The position numbers and the translations under genes are program-made. Below are positions 24,793 through 36,491 of a stretch of 64,000 bases of DNA, piece by piece (positions within the stretch are counted from its first letter, which is position 1; the number at the start of each line of letters is the position of its first letter). Origin of the DNA: Vicugna vicugna (lineage: Eukaryota); assembly GCA_013265495.1 (NCBI GenBank), contig MU058793.1:734060-798059 (forward strand), written 5' to 3'. The notes under the pieces are model-generated. The model did no database searches, had not been told where the DNA came from, and saw only the letters and a program-made list of their open reading frames with translations.

Positions 24793-26789
24793 ATAAGCAG
24801 TATTACCAGTGTTAAATAAAAGTAAGATGGCAGAAAGAATTAAGAATTCCAAAACCAGGGTCTCACGTCCAGCACTGCTACTGCAACTACGATATTGGGC
24901 AAGTTTGAGCAAGAATCTCAAGCTCACTAAGCTTCATTTTCCACATCTATACAAGAGGTGGAACTAGAAGCTACTAAGATTCTTTTCTATCTTCACAGAA
25001 ATAGTTTTCCCCACATCTCAAGCACTTTCTAAACAGTCTGTACTCTGCCACCCACTAACACTGGCCTCAACCATTGGACCAAAGGGGCTTTAAGCAAAGG
25101 GAAAAACGAAACATTATATACCATTTCAATAGCCTTCATAAAAAGAATTCCAAATCTCATGTGATAAGCCAATTTTGTTGAGCAATGTAAGTTTAATCTG
25201 ATTTCATTATTTTTTCATTCTTTCAGTTAGCATCCGCTAAGTACTTCTTGCATAGATTTTACTTTCTCCAGGGCCTATAAAGGGAAATCAGGACATCATC
25301 TCTACCCTTAAGATGCTTGAAATTTACTTGATAAGTTACATGAAATCCCTAAAGAATATTTCCAGCAGGGTCAGAATCTTGTACCCAACACCTAGCAGGT
25401 GCCAAGTGTCTAGTAAATGCTTAGTATGTATTTGTTGATTGAATGAGAGACAACACACAGGCTAGTACTGGTATGTAGACTATAACCTTAAGAATTCCAA
25501 ACATGAAAAGAAGATGGGTATATCTTTTGTAAATTACATAGAAGTTTAACATAGGTTTTAATTCTGAAAATGTTGCACAAAATAGGTCAATAGAAGGATG
25601 ACTATTTTCATTTCAAAAAAGAATAACTTCAGGAAAATTATTTAAAGGTTCTAATATGTTCAAAACAAGATTTTTTTTTGTATGAGAGTTTCAGAACATT
25701 TCTATAGCTAAAGAGCGTAAACCTGAACTTGACATACCAAAGCATAACTCCATCCAAAAACTCTGCCCTGTCCCTTAGATGCCAGTTTAACAGAATTTGA
25801 CATCCAGCCGTGTTAAGCAAATGGAATTAAAGCCTCCAGTCCCTCGCCAGGCCTGTCAACACTTAGAGGTCTGAGTAACACAGGGGACTCTTGTTTCAAG
25901 AGGCAAAGTTCACCCTGAAGATCACAATCCATTAGGGAGTAACAAGAGCCTTCTGGCATGGCCAAGTGGACGAGACTTGGAAAAACCTGAACAGGGAATG
26001 CAGTAAAATTAAAATGCAGTGGGGGTGAACAGCCGTGGCAGCGAGCGTAACCTTCTCAGTGTCTTTAGCAGTGTTAATGGATCTACTTAGGGCACAGATG
26101 GTGGTTTTCAGAAAAGTCATTTTTTTTCTCTAACAAATTCATGACTAAACTAAAAAGACCACGATCAACTTCATTATGCTTTCCAATTGACTTGCTTTAA
26201 GGGTTATTCTTTTATTATAGCTCTTAAGCTCCCATTTCTTTTTTAAAGTACTTCTTTTAATACCAATTTTCACAGCACTAAGAGATTTAACACTCTTCAG
26301 TGGTTGTACTAATGGCAAGGAACTGTTGCCGGCTGGAGAGAAGCAGGAATGATATTGCCGTTGGACTGGTCATTTGTTATCTCCTCTGCCACAAGTTGGG
26401 GACCCTGATCCTAGGGGGTGACAATCAGATTGCCACTGAGAAGAGTGGTAATGAGAAGAAGCTGGTGACATACATCCTCCCTACAGCATGAGGCCCACAG
26501 CATATTCTATGTTAGTCTTTTCAAACATGATTCTACTACAAGCCTTTCCTATCCAACTGAGCCCAGTTAGCTTTTTCAAGGGACCAGCAGATCTAATTTG
26601 GGGTTGATTGCACAAACAAATCCATAAGCATTTGACAAACATCATCGTGAGTAACTGTAAACACAAAGATAAAACAGAGTTTGTATAACATGGGATCAGC
26701 CAGAGTTCTGCATTAGGGGACAACCAAACAGTTTCATTTTTTTTTTTCTTTGAAGTGAGATTGACTTGGAGGAAAACCAGAGTTCATAG

Positions 26790-27290
26790 GAAGGAAGATA
26801 TTTATTGTAATATTATTTGTAAGCGTAAAAATTGGAATGAATTTCCCAGCAACAGGGAAATAATTAAATATATCTCCTCAGCTACTAAAAAGATGATTGT
26901 CGGGGGAGGGTATAGTTCAAATGATAAAGCACATGCTTAGCATACATAAGATCCTGGGTTCAATCCCCAGTGCCTCTTCTAAAAATAAATAAATAAATAA
27001 GTAAACCTAATTACCTCCCCCCTAAAAAAATAAATTAAAAAAAAAAGACAATTAGGAAGGATATGCACAAATAAGGGAAATCATTATAATGTTAAGAGAC
27101 AACCCAAGGTACAAAATAGCTCCAGACAAGGTAATTACAACCATATACAGCATCTGATATGTAGAAAAGTACTGGGAAAAATACACGAAGATGCCACCAA
27201 TACTCTTCTTGGGGTAGAATTATACACGTGTGCTCACCAACTCCCATTTTTCTATTTTTCAATCTTATTACAATATGTTTGTTGAAACTC
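26790..27290 (+). mobile_element. Old L1ME-type 3' relic hosting a Vic-1 SINE
   Basis: 'aggaagatatttattgtaatattatttgtaagcgtaaaaattggaa', 'gaaaagtactgggaaaaatacacgaagatg'. Confidence 0.55.
26902..27041 (+). mobile_element. Vic-1 type SINE
   Basis: 'gggggagggtatagttcaaatgataaagcacatgcttagcatacataagatcctgggttcaatccccagtgcctc', 'aaacctaattacctcccc', A tail; degenerate TSD aaaaagatgatt / aaaaagacaatt. Confidence 0.88.
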
Positions 27291-29672
27291 ATAAGGAGAA
27301 AATTTTAATATCTTATCTCAAGTGAAGAAAGAACAGGGTTCATTCACCCAGAGGTTTTAATGATAAAAAATGTGTTTTTAGTGATTTAAATTCCATTTGA
27401 AGGCCCCCCTACCATATGGCATTTGGACAGTTCACACCATTACTTGAGAAATCACACTTAGCATCCAAACTGGTCAAAGTGAGGGTCACATGGTCCAACC
27501 CTGTCACTTTACAGATGGAGAAACTGAGGTTCAGAAGTCTCTTACCTGAGACAGAGAAAGACATTCCTTCCTTCAACTTTCTCATCTCTCAACCAGATCG
27601 TTCCTTTCAAGGCGAATCCTTGCCTGTGGTAGAAAATCTGCATGACTTGAAGGGAAAAAATAAAAATTTAAGACCCCCCCCCTCCCCTTCATCAGGCTTC
27701 ATCAAATTTTTTCACTGTATTTGGTCATTTGGTTCCAAAACAGACTCAAACCCAGCTGCCCGATTAGCTAGCTTCAAGGAGACAATGTTTCAGAATTCTT
27801 AAATTGTTAGAGAGCTAACATGGCCTCCTAAGCCCTCTTATTTTGAGGCTCCCTCCTGAGTCTAGGGGTTATGTGAGGGTGTCTGCCAGTGACTGCGGTT
27901 ATGAGCCCTCGTATCCATATTTGGCTGAGAGAACTCTGGAATCCGCCTCGGCCATATTTCACCGTGACATGGTCTGTGCAGAGTACAGATGTTGCAGGCA
28001 TATGGAGAAACACAGAGCAGCCTGTGTTATCTGGAAAACAAGGGCTTGAGTGGAACACTCTAAAATGTTTGCTTGTTTAAATGAATCCTATCCTGGGGTA
28101 TAGGTGGGGGAGACGGGCAGGTGGGAAAACATGTTGGAATATCTGAGGAAAATTTAAAGTGCTTTTCAATGAAAGTTTCAGCTTTTTTTTTTTTTTGAGA
28201 AAGTTTCCTTTCCTCTTTTCCTCATTTCCCCCTTTGGAAATGGAGAGCAATTATTTTTCATTCAACTTGTCTTTAATTTTTATCTCATGTGAAGAAAGAA
28301 CAGTGATCACTCACAAAGAGGTTTTAATGACAGCAAAATGGTTTTGTGATTGATCATTTCATACCATGCATTCTCCCCAGAGCGTCCACAGATCGCCAGC
28401 ATGGGAGAGCCTCTCTTAGTGCGAGCCAGGGGCAGGCCTCAAGGGCTTGGCATATGGGGGGTATTCCTTGAACAAAAAACACAGGAACAAAGGGCCACAA
28501 TTAGAGGCACCTTTCGAGGCAGGGAGAAATAAAGACTCAGTATGTGAAATATTTGAGCACTCCTGAATGTACTTTAAACTTTTAAACTCTCCCATCATTT
28601 CCCATATCCTGATTTTTAATGAGGAACACTGCAGATAGAAAGATACAAAAAAAAATCTGAATGAACAATCAGGAGAGTCCTTAAAAATCAGAGACATTTG
28701 AAAAAAGCTACATATATCTGTAATTCAACCTTTTCGTTAACACAAGGTTGAACACAATGTTGGGAAAAAAATGTATTCTTTGTCTCAGTCTGCAAAGTTT
28801 CTCATGAAATTAGATAAATGCAGTATTTATCTCATTTCAATTCTGATTTCCAGCACAGTTTTCTCTGCAGTAGGGTCTGAGATGAAACAGAGCACCACAT
28901 ACTGTCCAAAAGGTTTTACTATCTTTCCCATGGACTTTCAGGTTGGCATGGTGGGTAATAGATATTCATACTCTAGACTTTCCAATAAAATGCACACAAA
29001 GATACACAAAAGGCCTACAGTGTCTACAAGACTGTAAACCAAAGATTGAAGAACACAGACTCAAAGACAGAGGGAATTGATTCTAGCTGTTTCATTAAGT
29101 GAAATTGATTTAGAAACACATACATAGTCTCTGAATCCAAAGAGGTTAGTTAGCTCCGAAGAAATTAGCTCCAAAGAAATTAACTCTCCTTTATTTTCTA
29201 TGGCACAACTCTATGACCCAACTGACAGAAAAACAATCACCCTTCCTTCTGTCCCCACAGCTTCTAAACTACAGCCCCAACATTTCCTCCATCAGCTTCC
29301 CTCTTCTCACCCTTTTGGAGACATCAAAATCCAACACATAACATGGAATGGCAGAAAGGAGAAGAGATTGAGCAGGCATGTCTTTGCAGCTTGAGCTACA
29401 CTGTATTTGCAAGAATAGCATTAGAAACAGGTTTGGAGAACGAAAAGTGCTGGGAACCATGGAAGGTGTTGGGGGAAGGTAATTTTCACTTCACACATGA
29501 CTCAAAATACTGAAAATGATCTGTGACTCTTGACATTTTTAAATAGAACTGCAACACAACTTGTAAAGCCAATCAAAATAGTATATAGCCCAGTGGGCAA
29601 TAGACAGCTGATTTGTTTTCATTAAAAAATTTTTATATAACTTACATGCAATCACACATATGCATGTATGTA

Positions 29673-29675
<3 letters not shown>

Positions 29676-29718
<43 letters not shown>
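29676..29718. repeat. (CA)n microsatellite
   Basis: Direct reading. Confidence 0.95.
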
Positions 29719-29719
<1 letters not shown>

Positions 29720-30421
29720 CTCTTCAAACCAAATCTATCTCCGTGAAGGTAAGGACAAAGTCTTAGCTATGGAAGCATGAGATATGATGTAGGATTCTTT
29801 AGAAATACAAAAGCTCAAAGAAACAGCAAAAGCATCCATCAGAGCTCAGTGCTCAGAAATGATCTGAAGCATTCCTCTAATCTGAACTGAAAAAAATTAA
29901 ATCCTGGATAGTGTTGGGGAATTTCAGTACTTAGCTTTGAATAATTGTTTAATAACTCACTTTGGCGACTTCAACTAGGGTTTCCCAAAAGTGACAAATT
30001 GGTCTTAAAGATTAGCTTTCCACTTGGCTCCTCTTCCCCATCTTATGACAGGAATGTGATCAAGACATTTCTTGAAAGACTACAATAAAGAGAGGGCATT
30101 AAAATAGCTCAGATGGTCTGCCTGGAACATGCTCCAAGGCCAAGAGGAACTTGTATGGATTTATAATACATTTGAAGTGGTAAATTTGAGAGAGGCTGGG
30201 GGAGTGTTCAATGAACCCCTTTACTTGTATAATATTAACATTTCCCTATGTGACCTAAACAAACTCTCAGGTTTGGGAAAAGAAGTCTTTACTCAAATCT
30301 CATTTTGCAGGTAGACATCCAAAGAAAGGCAAGTTAGTGTACATTCCTAGATACTGTGGATCTCAAATGCCTGATATTTCTGACTGCATGGTTTTAAAAT
30401 GTTAAGAGCCTAACAGTTCTT

Positions 30422-31354
30422 GTAAATTGTATGAATGTAAATTGGTTGAAGCCACTATGGAGAACAGTACGGAGATTCCTTAAAAAACTAAAAAGCATGT
30501 TACCATATGATCCAGCAATCCCACTCCTGGACATATATCCAGAAAAAACTCTAGTTTGAAAAGACACACACATCCCAATGTTCAGAGCAACACCACTCAC
30601 CATAGCCAAGACATGGAAGCAACCTAAATGTCCATTGACAGATGAATGGACAAAGAAGATGTGATATATATAAAATAGATAAACAACAAGTTTATACTGT
30701 ATAGCACAGGGAATTATATTCAATATCTTGTAGTAATTTATGGTGAAAAAGAATATGAAAATGAATATATGTATGTTCCTGTATGACTAAAGCATTGTGC
30801 TATACACCAGAAATTGACACAACATTGTAAACTGACTATACTTCAATAAAATTGTAAAAAAAAAAGATGTGATATATATATATACAATGGATTACTACTA
30901 AGCCATAAAAAAGAATGAAATAATGTCATTTGCAGCAACATGGAAGGACCTAGAGATTATCATACTAAGTGAAGTTAAATCAGACAAAGTATCCTATGAC
31001 ATCATTTATATGTGAAATCTAAAAAAAAAGGACACAAATGAACTTACTTACAGACGAGAAATAGACTCATTAAACTCACAGACATAGGAAACAAACTATG
31101 GTTACCAAAGGGGAAAGGAGTGAGGGGAAGGGATAATTTAGGAGTTTGGGATTAAGATGTACACACTACTATATATGAAATAAACAAGGACATACTATAT
31201 AACACAGGGGACTATATTCAATATCTTGTAATAACCTATAATGGAAAAGAATCTGAAAAAGAATATATGTATATGCACAACTGAATCACTTTGCTGTACA
31301 CCTGAAACTGACACAACATTGTAACTCAACTATACCTCAACTGAAAAAAAAAAA
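30422..31354 (+). mobile_element. 5'-truncated L1 (ORF2 C-terminus + 3'UTR) containing a nested L1 3' end
   Basis: 'ttaccatatgatccagcaatcccactcctgg', 'atagccaagacatggaagcaacctaaatgtcc'; TSD aagagcctaacagttctt (30404-30421) / aagaacctaaaagttctt (31355-31372). Confidence 0.9.
30673..30863 (+). mobile_element. Nested short L1 3'UTR insertion
   Basis: Second L1 tail ending 'ctatacttcaataaaattgtaaaaaaaa'; TSD aagatgtgatatatata at 30656-30672 and 30864-30880. Confidence 0.88.
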
Positions 31355-32179
31355 AAGAACCTAAAAGTTCTTAGGAGGAGCCTTGCCTTGATGGAGAGCA
31401 CTGTTTAAGAAACCCAAGTCACTGTTCTTTGGGAGACTTTTACATCAGACTATTTCCACAATGCAGGTTCTACAGTAACCCTTGATATGAGTACTGCATA
31501 CATTTTCCAGAACTAAGTTGCTACTAGAAATCTCAAAGGTACAGGTGTTTTATTAAGACATCTTCTCTTCCCATTGTCCCAAAATTTCCTGCTATAAGAA
31601 AAGTCCTGATTCTGAAAGAAAGATTCATCAGATTAACCAAGACTAACCATTCAATCAAGATTTATAGACCCCTCCCTGCTAGGAATTCAAGGGAATGAAT
31701 TCTACACTTTCCAGGGACACAATATGGAGATCCTGTTTCATAAGGTTCCAAAAAGCAGCTCAGAAGAAAAAATAATCTAAATGTGATCTTTCAGGATCTA
31801 ATCATCACAATAATAAAATTAGGTATTAAGTGTCTGCTGTAAGTGGCACCAAGGAGCCATGACATCCACTTTTCTCTCTCCACAGCTTCTCTAGTGCTTA
31901 GTGGCATTTGAACACCTGATCGCTCTGTTGAAAACCTTCTCTTGGCTCCAATGACACTACATTCTGCTGATTTTCCTCCAACCTGAATGGCTACTCTTTA
32001 ATTTTTTTCATCAAAGCCATCTCTAAATATTGGCACATCAAGCTCTAGGGCTTTCTCTTCTCTACCCATAAACAATCTGTAGGTGATTTTTTTCTAATTC
32101 CATGGTTTTAAATATTCTCTATACATGGCGCAGTCTTGACCTCTCACCTGAGAAGCTTGGGTCCATCTGCCCATTTGAC

Positions 32180-32627
32180 ATGGTAGCAGGTGCTACACAT
32201 ATCCCTGTCTGGACACATCTCCAGCCGCCAGCACCTGCATCTCTTTAGCTAAGGGCTTTATCTGATGGATAGACGTTGCTCTACCTGTACACATAGCAGG
32301 CCAGAGGTGCCAGGAAACTTTTTCCCCCAAGAACAGCCTTCAATCAATGGCTGCAGGGGGTGGACAAATTAAGAAACCCAGCTTCCTTGCCACTCAGGTG
32401 GAATAACGCTGTGGTGTTATGTTTCACATTGACCCCCAGAGTTCTCCAAGGGAAACCTGCCCACAGTGGTAACTTGCCTGATCATGTATCCTGGATTGGC
32501 TGCCTTCCCCTCCCTGCCTCACCTCCCTGCTCCTGTACCAGTGTCCCCTGAGATTATTTCCCAAATAATCTAGTTATACTCCAGTCCTCATCTCATGATC
32601 TTCTTCTGGGAAACTTGTACTGAGTCA
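32180..32627 (+). mobile_element. ERVL solo LTR (LTR16 family)
   Basis: 'ccagcttccttgccactcaggtggaataac', 'cccacagtggtaacttgcctgat', 'attggctgccttcccctccctg', 'cccaaataatctagtt'. Confidence 0.7.
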
Positions 32628-32925
32628 TCATCTCTACCTATATACATTAAAACCCATCCCAACCCACTCTTCTCTCCATGTCTCTCCCATCTCAGAAAAC
32701 AGCTCCACTACTGACCTAGTTCCTCAAACAAAAAATTAGGAACTATCCTTGCTTTTCTCCTTTCCATCCATTTTCCTCATCAAGTCCTGTCTCTTGATCT
32801 TTCACTCTTCTCTAGTCCCACCTCCATCACCCTTTGTCTGAAATACTATGACAGCCTTCCACCTGGCCTCCCCAGTACTACTCTTCACCCAGACACTACT
32901 CTCCACATAGCGTCTAGAGTCATCT

Positions 32926-33247
32926 GAAAGAAAGAAGAAAGAAAAGAAAGAAAGAAAGAAGAAAGAAAAGAAAGAAAGAAAGAAAGAAAGAAGGAAGGAA
33001 GGAAGGAAGGAAGGAAGGAAGGAAGGAAGGAAGGAAGGAAGGAAGGAAGGAAGGAAGGAAGGAAGGAAGGAAGGAAGGAAGGAAGGAAGGAAGGAAGGAA
33101 GGAAGGAAGGAAGGAAGGAAGGAAGGAAGGAAGGAAGGAAGGAAGGAAGGAAGGAAGGAAGGAAGGAAGGAAGGAAGGAAGGAAGGAAGGAAGGAAAGAA
33201 AGAAAGAAAGAAAGAAAGGAAGGAAGGAAGGAAGGAAGAAAAGAAAG
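32926..33247. repeat. Compound (GAAA)n-(GGAA)51-(GAAA)n purine microsatellite
   Basis: Uninterrupted GGAA from 32993 to 33196, flanked by GAAA runs. Confidence 0.97.
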
Positions 33248-34799
33248 CAAACATTAAATCAGCTCAAGTCACTCCCTCGCTTAAAATATTATAATAGGTT
33301 CCCATCAAACTTTAAGCAAATTCCAAACCAGCATCTTCCAGGCCCCTTACAATCTAGCCTCCAGCCTCTCTCCAGGCCTCCTTTCTCTCCTCCATAGACG
33401 CCAAGCTCATGCCTAATTTAGGATCCTGGGTTGATATTCCCTCCGTCCCCAGATATTTCCAGGACAGACCCATTGCCACCCAGGACAGACCCATTGCCAC
33501 TAGGTCTCGCTCAAATGCCCCCCCCTCCCCGTTTAGAGAAACTTCCCTGGACATTCGTTCTCAGAAGTCATCCCCAGTCCCTTCTCCATTACATCCCCTG
33601 AAATCCTTATTCCTTTACTTGCTTTTGTCTGTCTTCCTCCACCAGAATGTAAGCTTTTGTCTGCCACGGGCACCCTGTAACCTCAGCCTCTGGAACAACG
33701 CCAGGCACACGGCAGATGCTCAAAAATACCTCTTGAATGAGTGCACACCACACGCAAAGCACCATGCTAGGTGCTTTACAGATATAAGGAAAGCATTGCT
33801 ATCGACATTTTCCACCCTGACCTTCAATTTTCCATCTCTAAAGTGGCTTGCTGAAGATCACTCCGCTAATTAGGGGAGATAACTGTCTACTCATGGACGC
33901 TGAAAGAGTTCAGAATGAGGACTTGTGGCTAATTGTTTCAGTTGAAACAGTTAAAGTCATGAACAGCTGCCACATTCAGAAACTCAGGTAATTGGGTCAC
34001 ACGTTTGGCCTAAATTTCCTGTCTTCCTGTAGTCACCTTCAAAGATACTACACTTGAAAACAGCAGTACCTTCGTTTATAGAGAGGTGTCTAGCACAGAA
34101 TTGGGACTGGAAACATTCTTAATTTAAATCCTAAAAATTCAAACATATTATTCTGATGCTAAAGAAACAAACTTAATCAGAGAATTTGAAAATCAGATTT
34201 CTTTGATGTAGAAGTTACCAAATTACAGCAAAGTCTAATAATAGTATTTTGAGGTTTTTTTTTTTATCAAAAGTCATACTTCAGAACCTCTTTGTGGATG
34301 AGACTATTTTTAGCATCCTTTTGATAGGTTAGGCCTGCTGGATGATCAAGGCCCGGTAGGAGGCATATATAATGTTTTACTATGATAAAGTGCACATTTA
34401 TCAAACCCTCAAAGGACTTTCAGAATTTAGAATTCCAGGCACCATTCACATAAAGCCACTGTATTGCTCCCTATTTAATAAGGGACTTAACTTGAACTCA
34501 AAAAATTGTTTGACTATCTAATCATGGTTTGGTTACAGAAGATTCCATTTTGATTAGGAATATAATTCTTGGCCAGACCAACGCTGTATGGGAACGTTTG
34601 GGGATGAGAAAGATGATCTCAAAGGACGCAACATTGAAACGGAGGCGGGGGAAGACTTTTAACAAATTCATAGCACTAATTTGTGTGGCTCTTACTCAGC
34701 AGGCACCCTATTAATAAGAGTGAGAAGAGAAAAAATGAAAAAGGAGAATATGTTCCTATAACTAAGAGGCATATTACAGCCAGAAGCTGGAAACCGAAC

Positions 34800-35138
34800 C
34801 AGGTATCTGAACACCACGGGCATCCCCTAGGTAACTGTCAGGCCTTTTGTCCATTGTTTTCCAGACACAGGCTCTTAAATAGACTAATAGGAATCAATGG
34901 GGGGGAAAATCATCTCCCATCAATTGGATGGACTTTTCTGGGAGGCATTCTCTTTGCTTCTAGAAGATCCTAGTTGAATCAGACCTCCCCTGACCAAGTA
35001 GTGACCTCAGTTGCACTCTCTCATGGGGACTTTTCCTCCTTCCCTGCTGTCTTCTCCCTGGCCTCTTACTCCACCTTCCTGGGAGCACCTGTTCCCAAGT
35101 CTTTGTCTCAGGTTTTCAGGGTAACCTAATCAAGGGAC
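34800..35138 (+). mobile_element. ERVL LTR16-like relic
   Basis: 'ttctgggaggcattctctttgcttctagaagatcc', 'cccaagtctttgtctcagg...ggtaacctaatcaaggga'. Confidence 0.55.
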
Positions 35139-36113
35139 CATTCATGGGAGTTGATAGACATAACTTAAAATATCACTTCTTCTATTTTAACTAATACTTT
35201 ACTCCTTCCAATTTCTGAAGAAATTTCACATACTTACCTCCTTTGGAACTCTCAAAAATCTTGTTCATTGGAAGAAGGTTATTGTTCTCATTTAGGGAGT
35301 TGAGAAAATTGAGATTCAGAGGTGGAAAGAGCATTGGCCAAGAGGACAGGAGTTGTCAATTGTATGGCTGGACATCATCACCAACACCAGGCTGATATCA
35401 AGCCTTCAGCCCCATCCAGGGCACTTGGATTTTCCTCAAATTGCCTGCAACATCAGTCCCTTCCTTGTCTGCCCAACACTCTTTCTTACCTGCCGTGCCT
35501 CCTGGACTCCAGGAAGCCTACTGAGCTCTTTTAGGGGAGGGACCAAGTCTCATGACACTTGGTATTCCATTACTACCACAACATCAGTGCCTAGGTCATC
35601 ATCAGTAATATGCATCTGTTTCATAAATGAATGAATGAGTTAATAACTCACTCTCCCCAGACATTTCTCATCTTGCTCTGATGAACTGCTTATGTCTGAG
35701 TCTGTGAGATCCTTGAGAAACCATGTTAGTCATTTTCATATCTCTGTGCCTAGAACAGTGTCACACACAAGTTGATAACAGCATTTCATGAATGAATGAA
35801 CGGACAGAGCATCACTTTCCATAGAATAATAGGACACTAGGCATAGGATAAACTGGCTAAAGAGTCATTGTGAAGAAAACTCTGGAATCAAGTCACAGAT
35901 GAACCAAATTCACAGAAAAACAAAAATCTAGTCCAAGCTTTTATTAGATAATTATTGGCTAGTTTAATCCAACAATTGAAATCTAATATGAAATACACCA
36001 GAAGGTTGATAATAATGTATGCCTAGTAGTTGTTGCCACATGATGATGGTTTTTTCACAGAAAGTATATAATCATAGACAGGTTTCATAACATTCGTGTG
36101 CCTTGGGTTTCTC

Positions 36114-36144
<31 letters not shown>

Positions 36145-36153
36145 GTAATAATA
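36114..36153. repeat. (AAT)n microsatellite
   Basis: Direct reading. Confidence 0.9.
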
Positions 36154-36332
36154 ATGGCTTTATATATCTGTCAAGCACTAACTTTGTACTAAAGTTGCCA
36201 CATTGCATTGTGGTCTATGTAATGGGAGCCCACTGGAGTTGTTCAGTTCACAATCTACACAACTATACTTGGCAGCCCTACATTGTGCTAAGCATTCCAA
36301 CAACCCTGAAAGATAGAAAATTACAGGTTCCA

Positions 36333-36491
36333 GTGGAGGGAAGGTATAGCTCAGTGGTACACCACATGCTTAGCATGCACGAGGTCCTGGGTTCAATCCC
36401 CAGTACCTCCATTTAAAAAAAATGGTAAAATAAATCTAATTAACTCCCCCCAAAAAAATTTTTTTTAATTTTTTAATTTTTTAGTTTTTTT
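36333..36491 (+). mobile_element. Vic-1 type SINE with T-rich tail
   Basis: 'ggtatagctcagtggtacaccacatgcttagcatgcacgaggtcctgggttcaatccccagtacctcc'; TSD ttacaggttcca at 36321-36332 and 36492-36503. Confidence 0.9.

Larger units (their letters stand above)
31850..33742 (+). mobile_element. L2 LINE relic interrupted by LTR16 and a (GAAA/GGAA)n array
   Basis: L2 pieces 'gacactacattctgctgattttcctccaacct', 'tctcccatctcagaaaacagctccac', end 'ccaggcacacggcagatgctcaaaaatacctcttgaatgagtg'. Confidence 0.7.

Noticed and set aside
28280..28355. C/D snoRNA-like reading of the diverged repeat (gtgaaga as C box)
   Set aside because: No CTGA D box or terminal stem in either copy.
32802..33254. 150-aa and 121-aa FLPS-repeat ORFs
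   Set aside because: Translation of the (TTCC)n microsatellite.
36340..36412. tRNA-Ala-like sequences (also at 1680, 11525, 26905, 59958)
   Set aside because: They are SINE heads with tails and TSDs and have mismatched stems; not tRNA genes.
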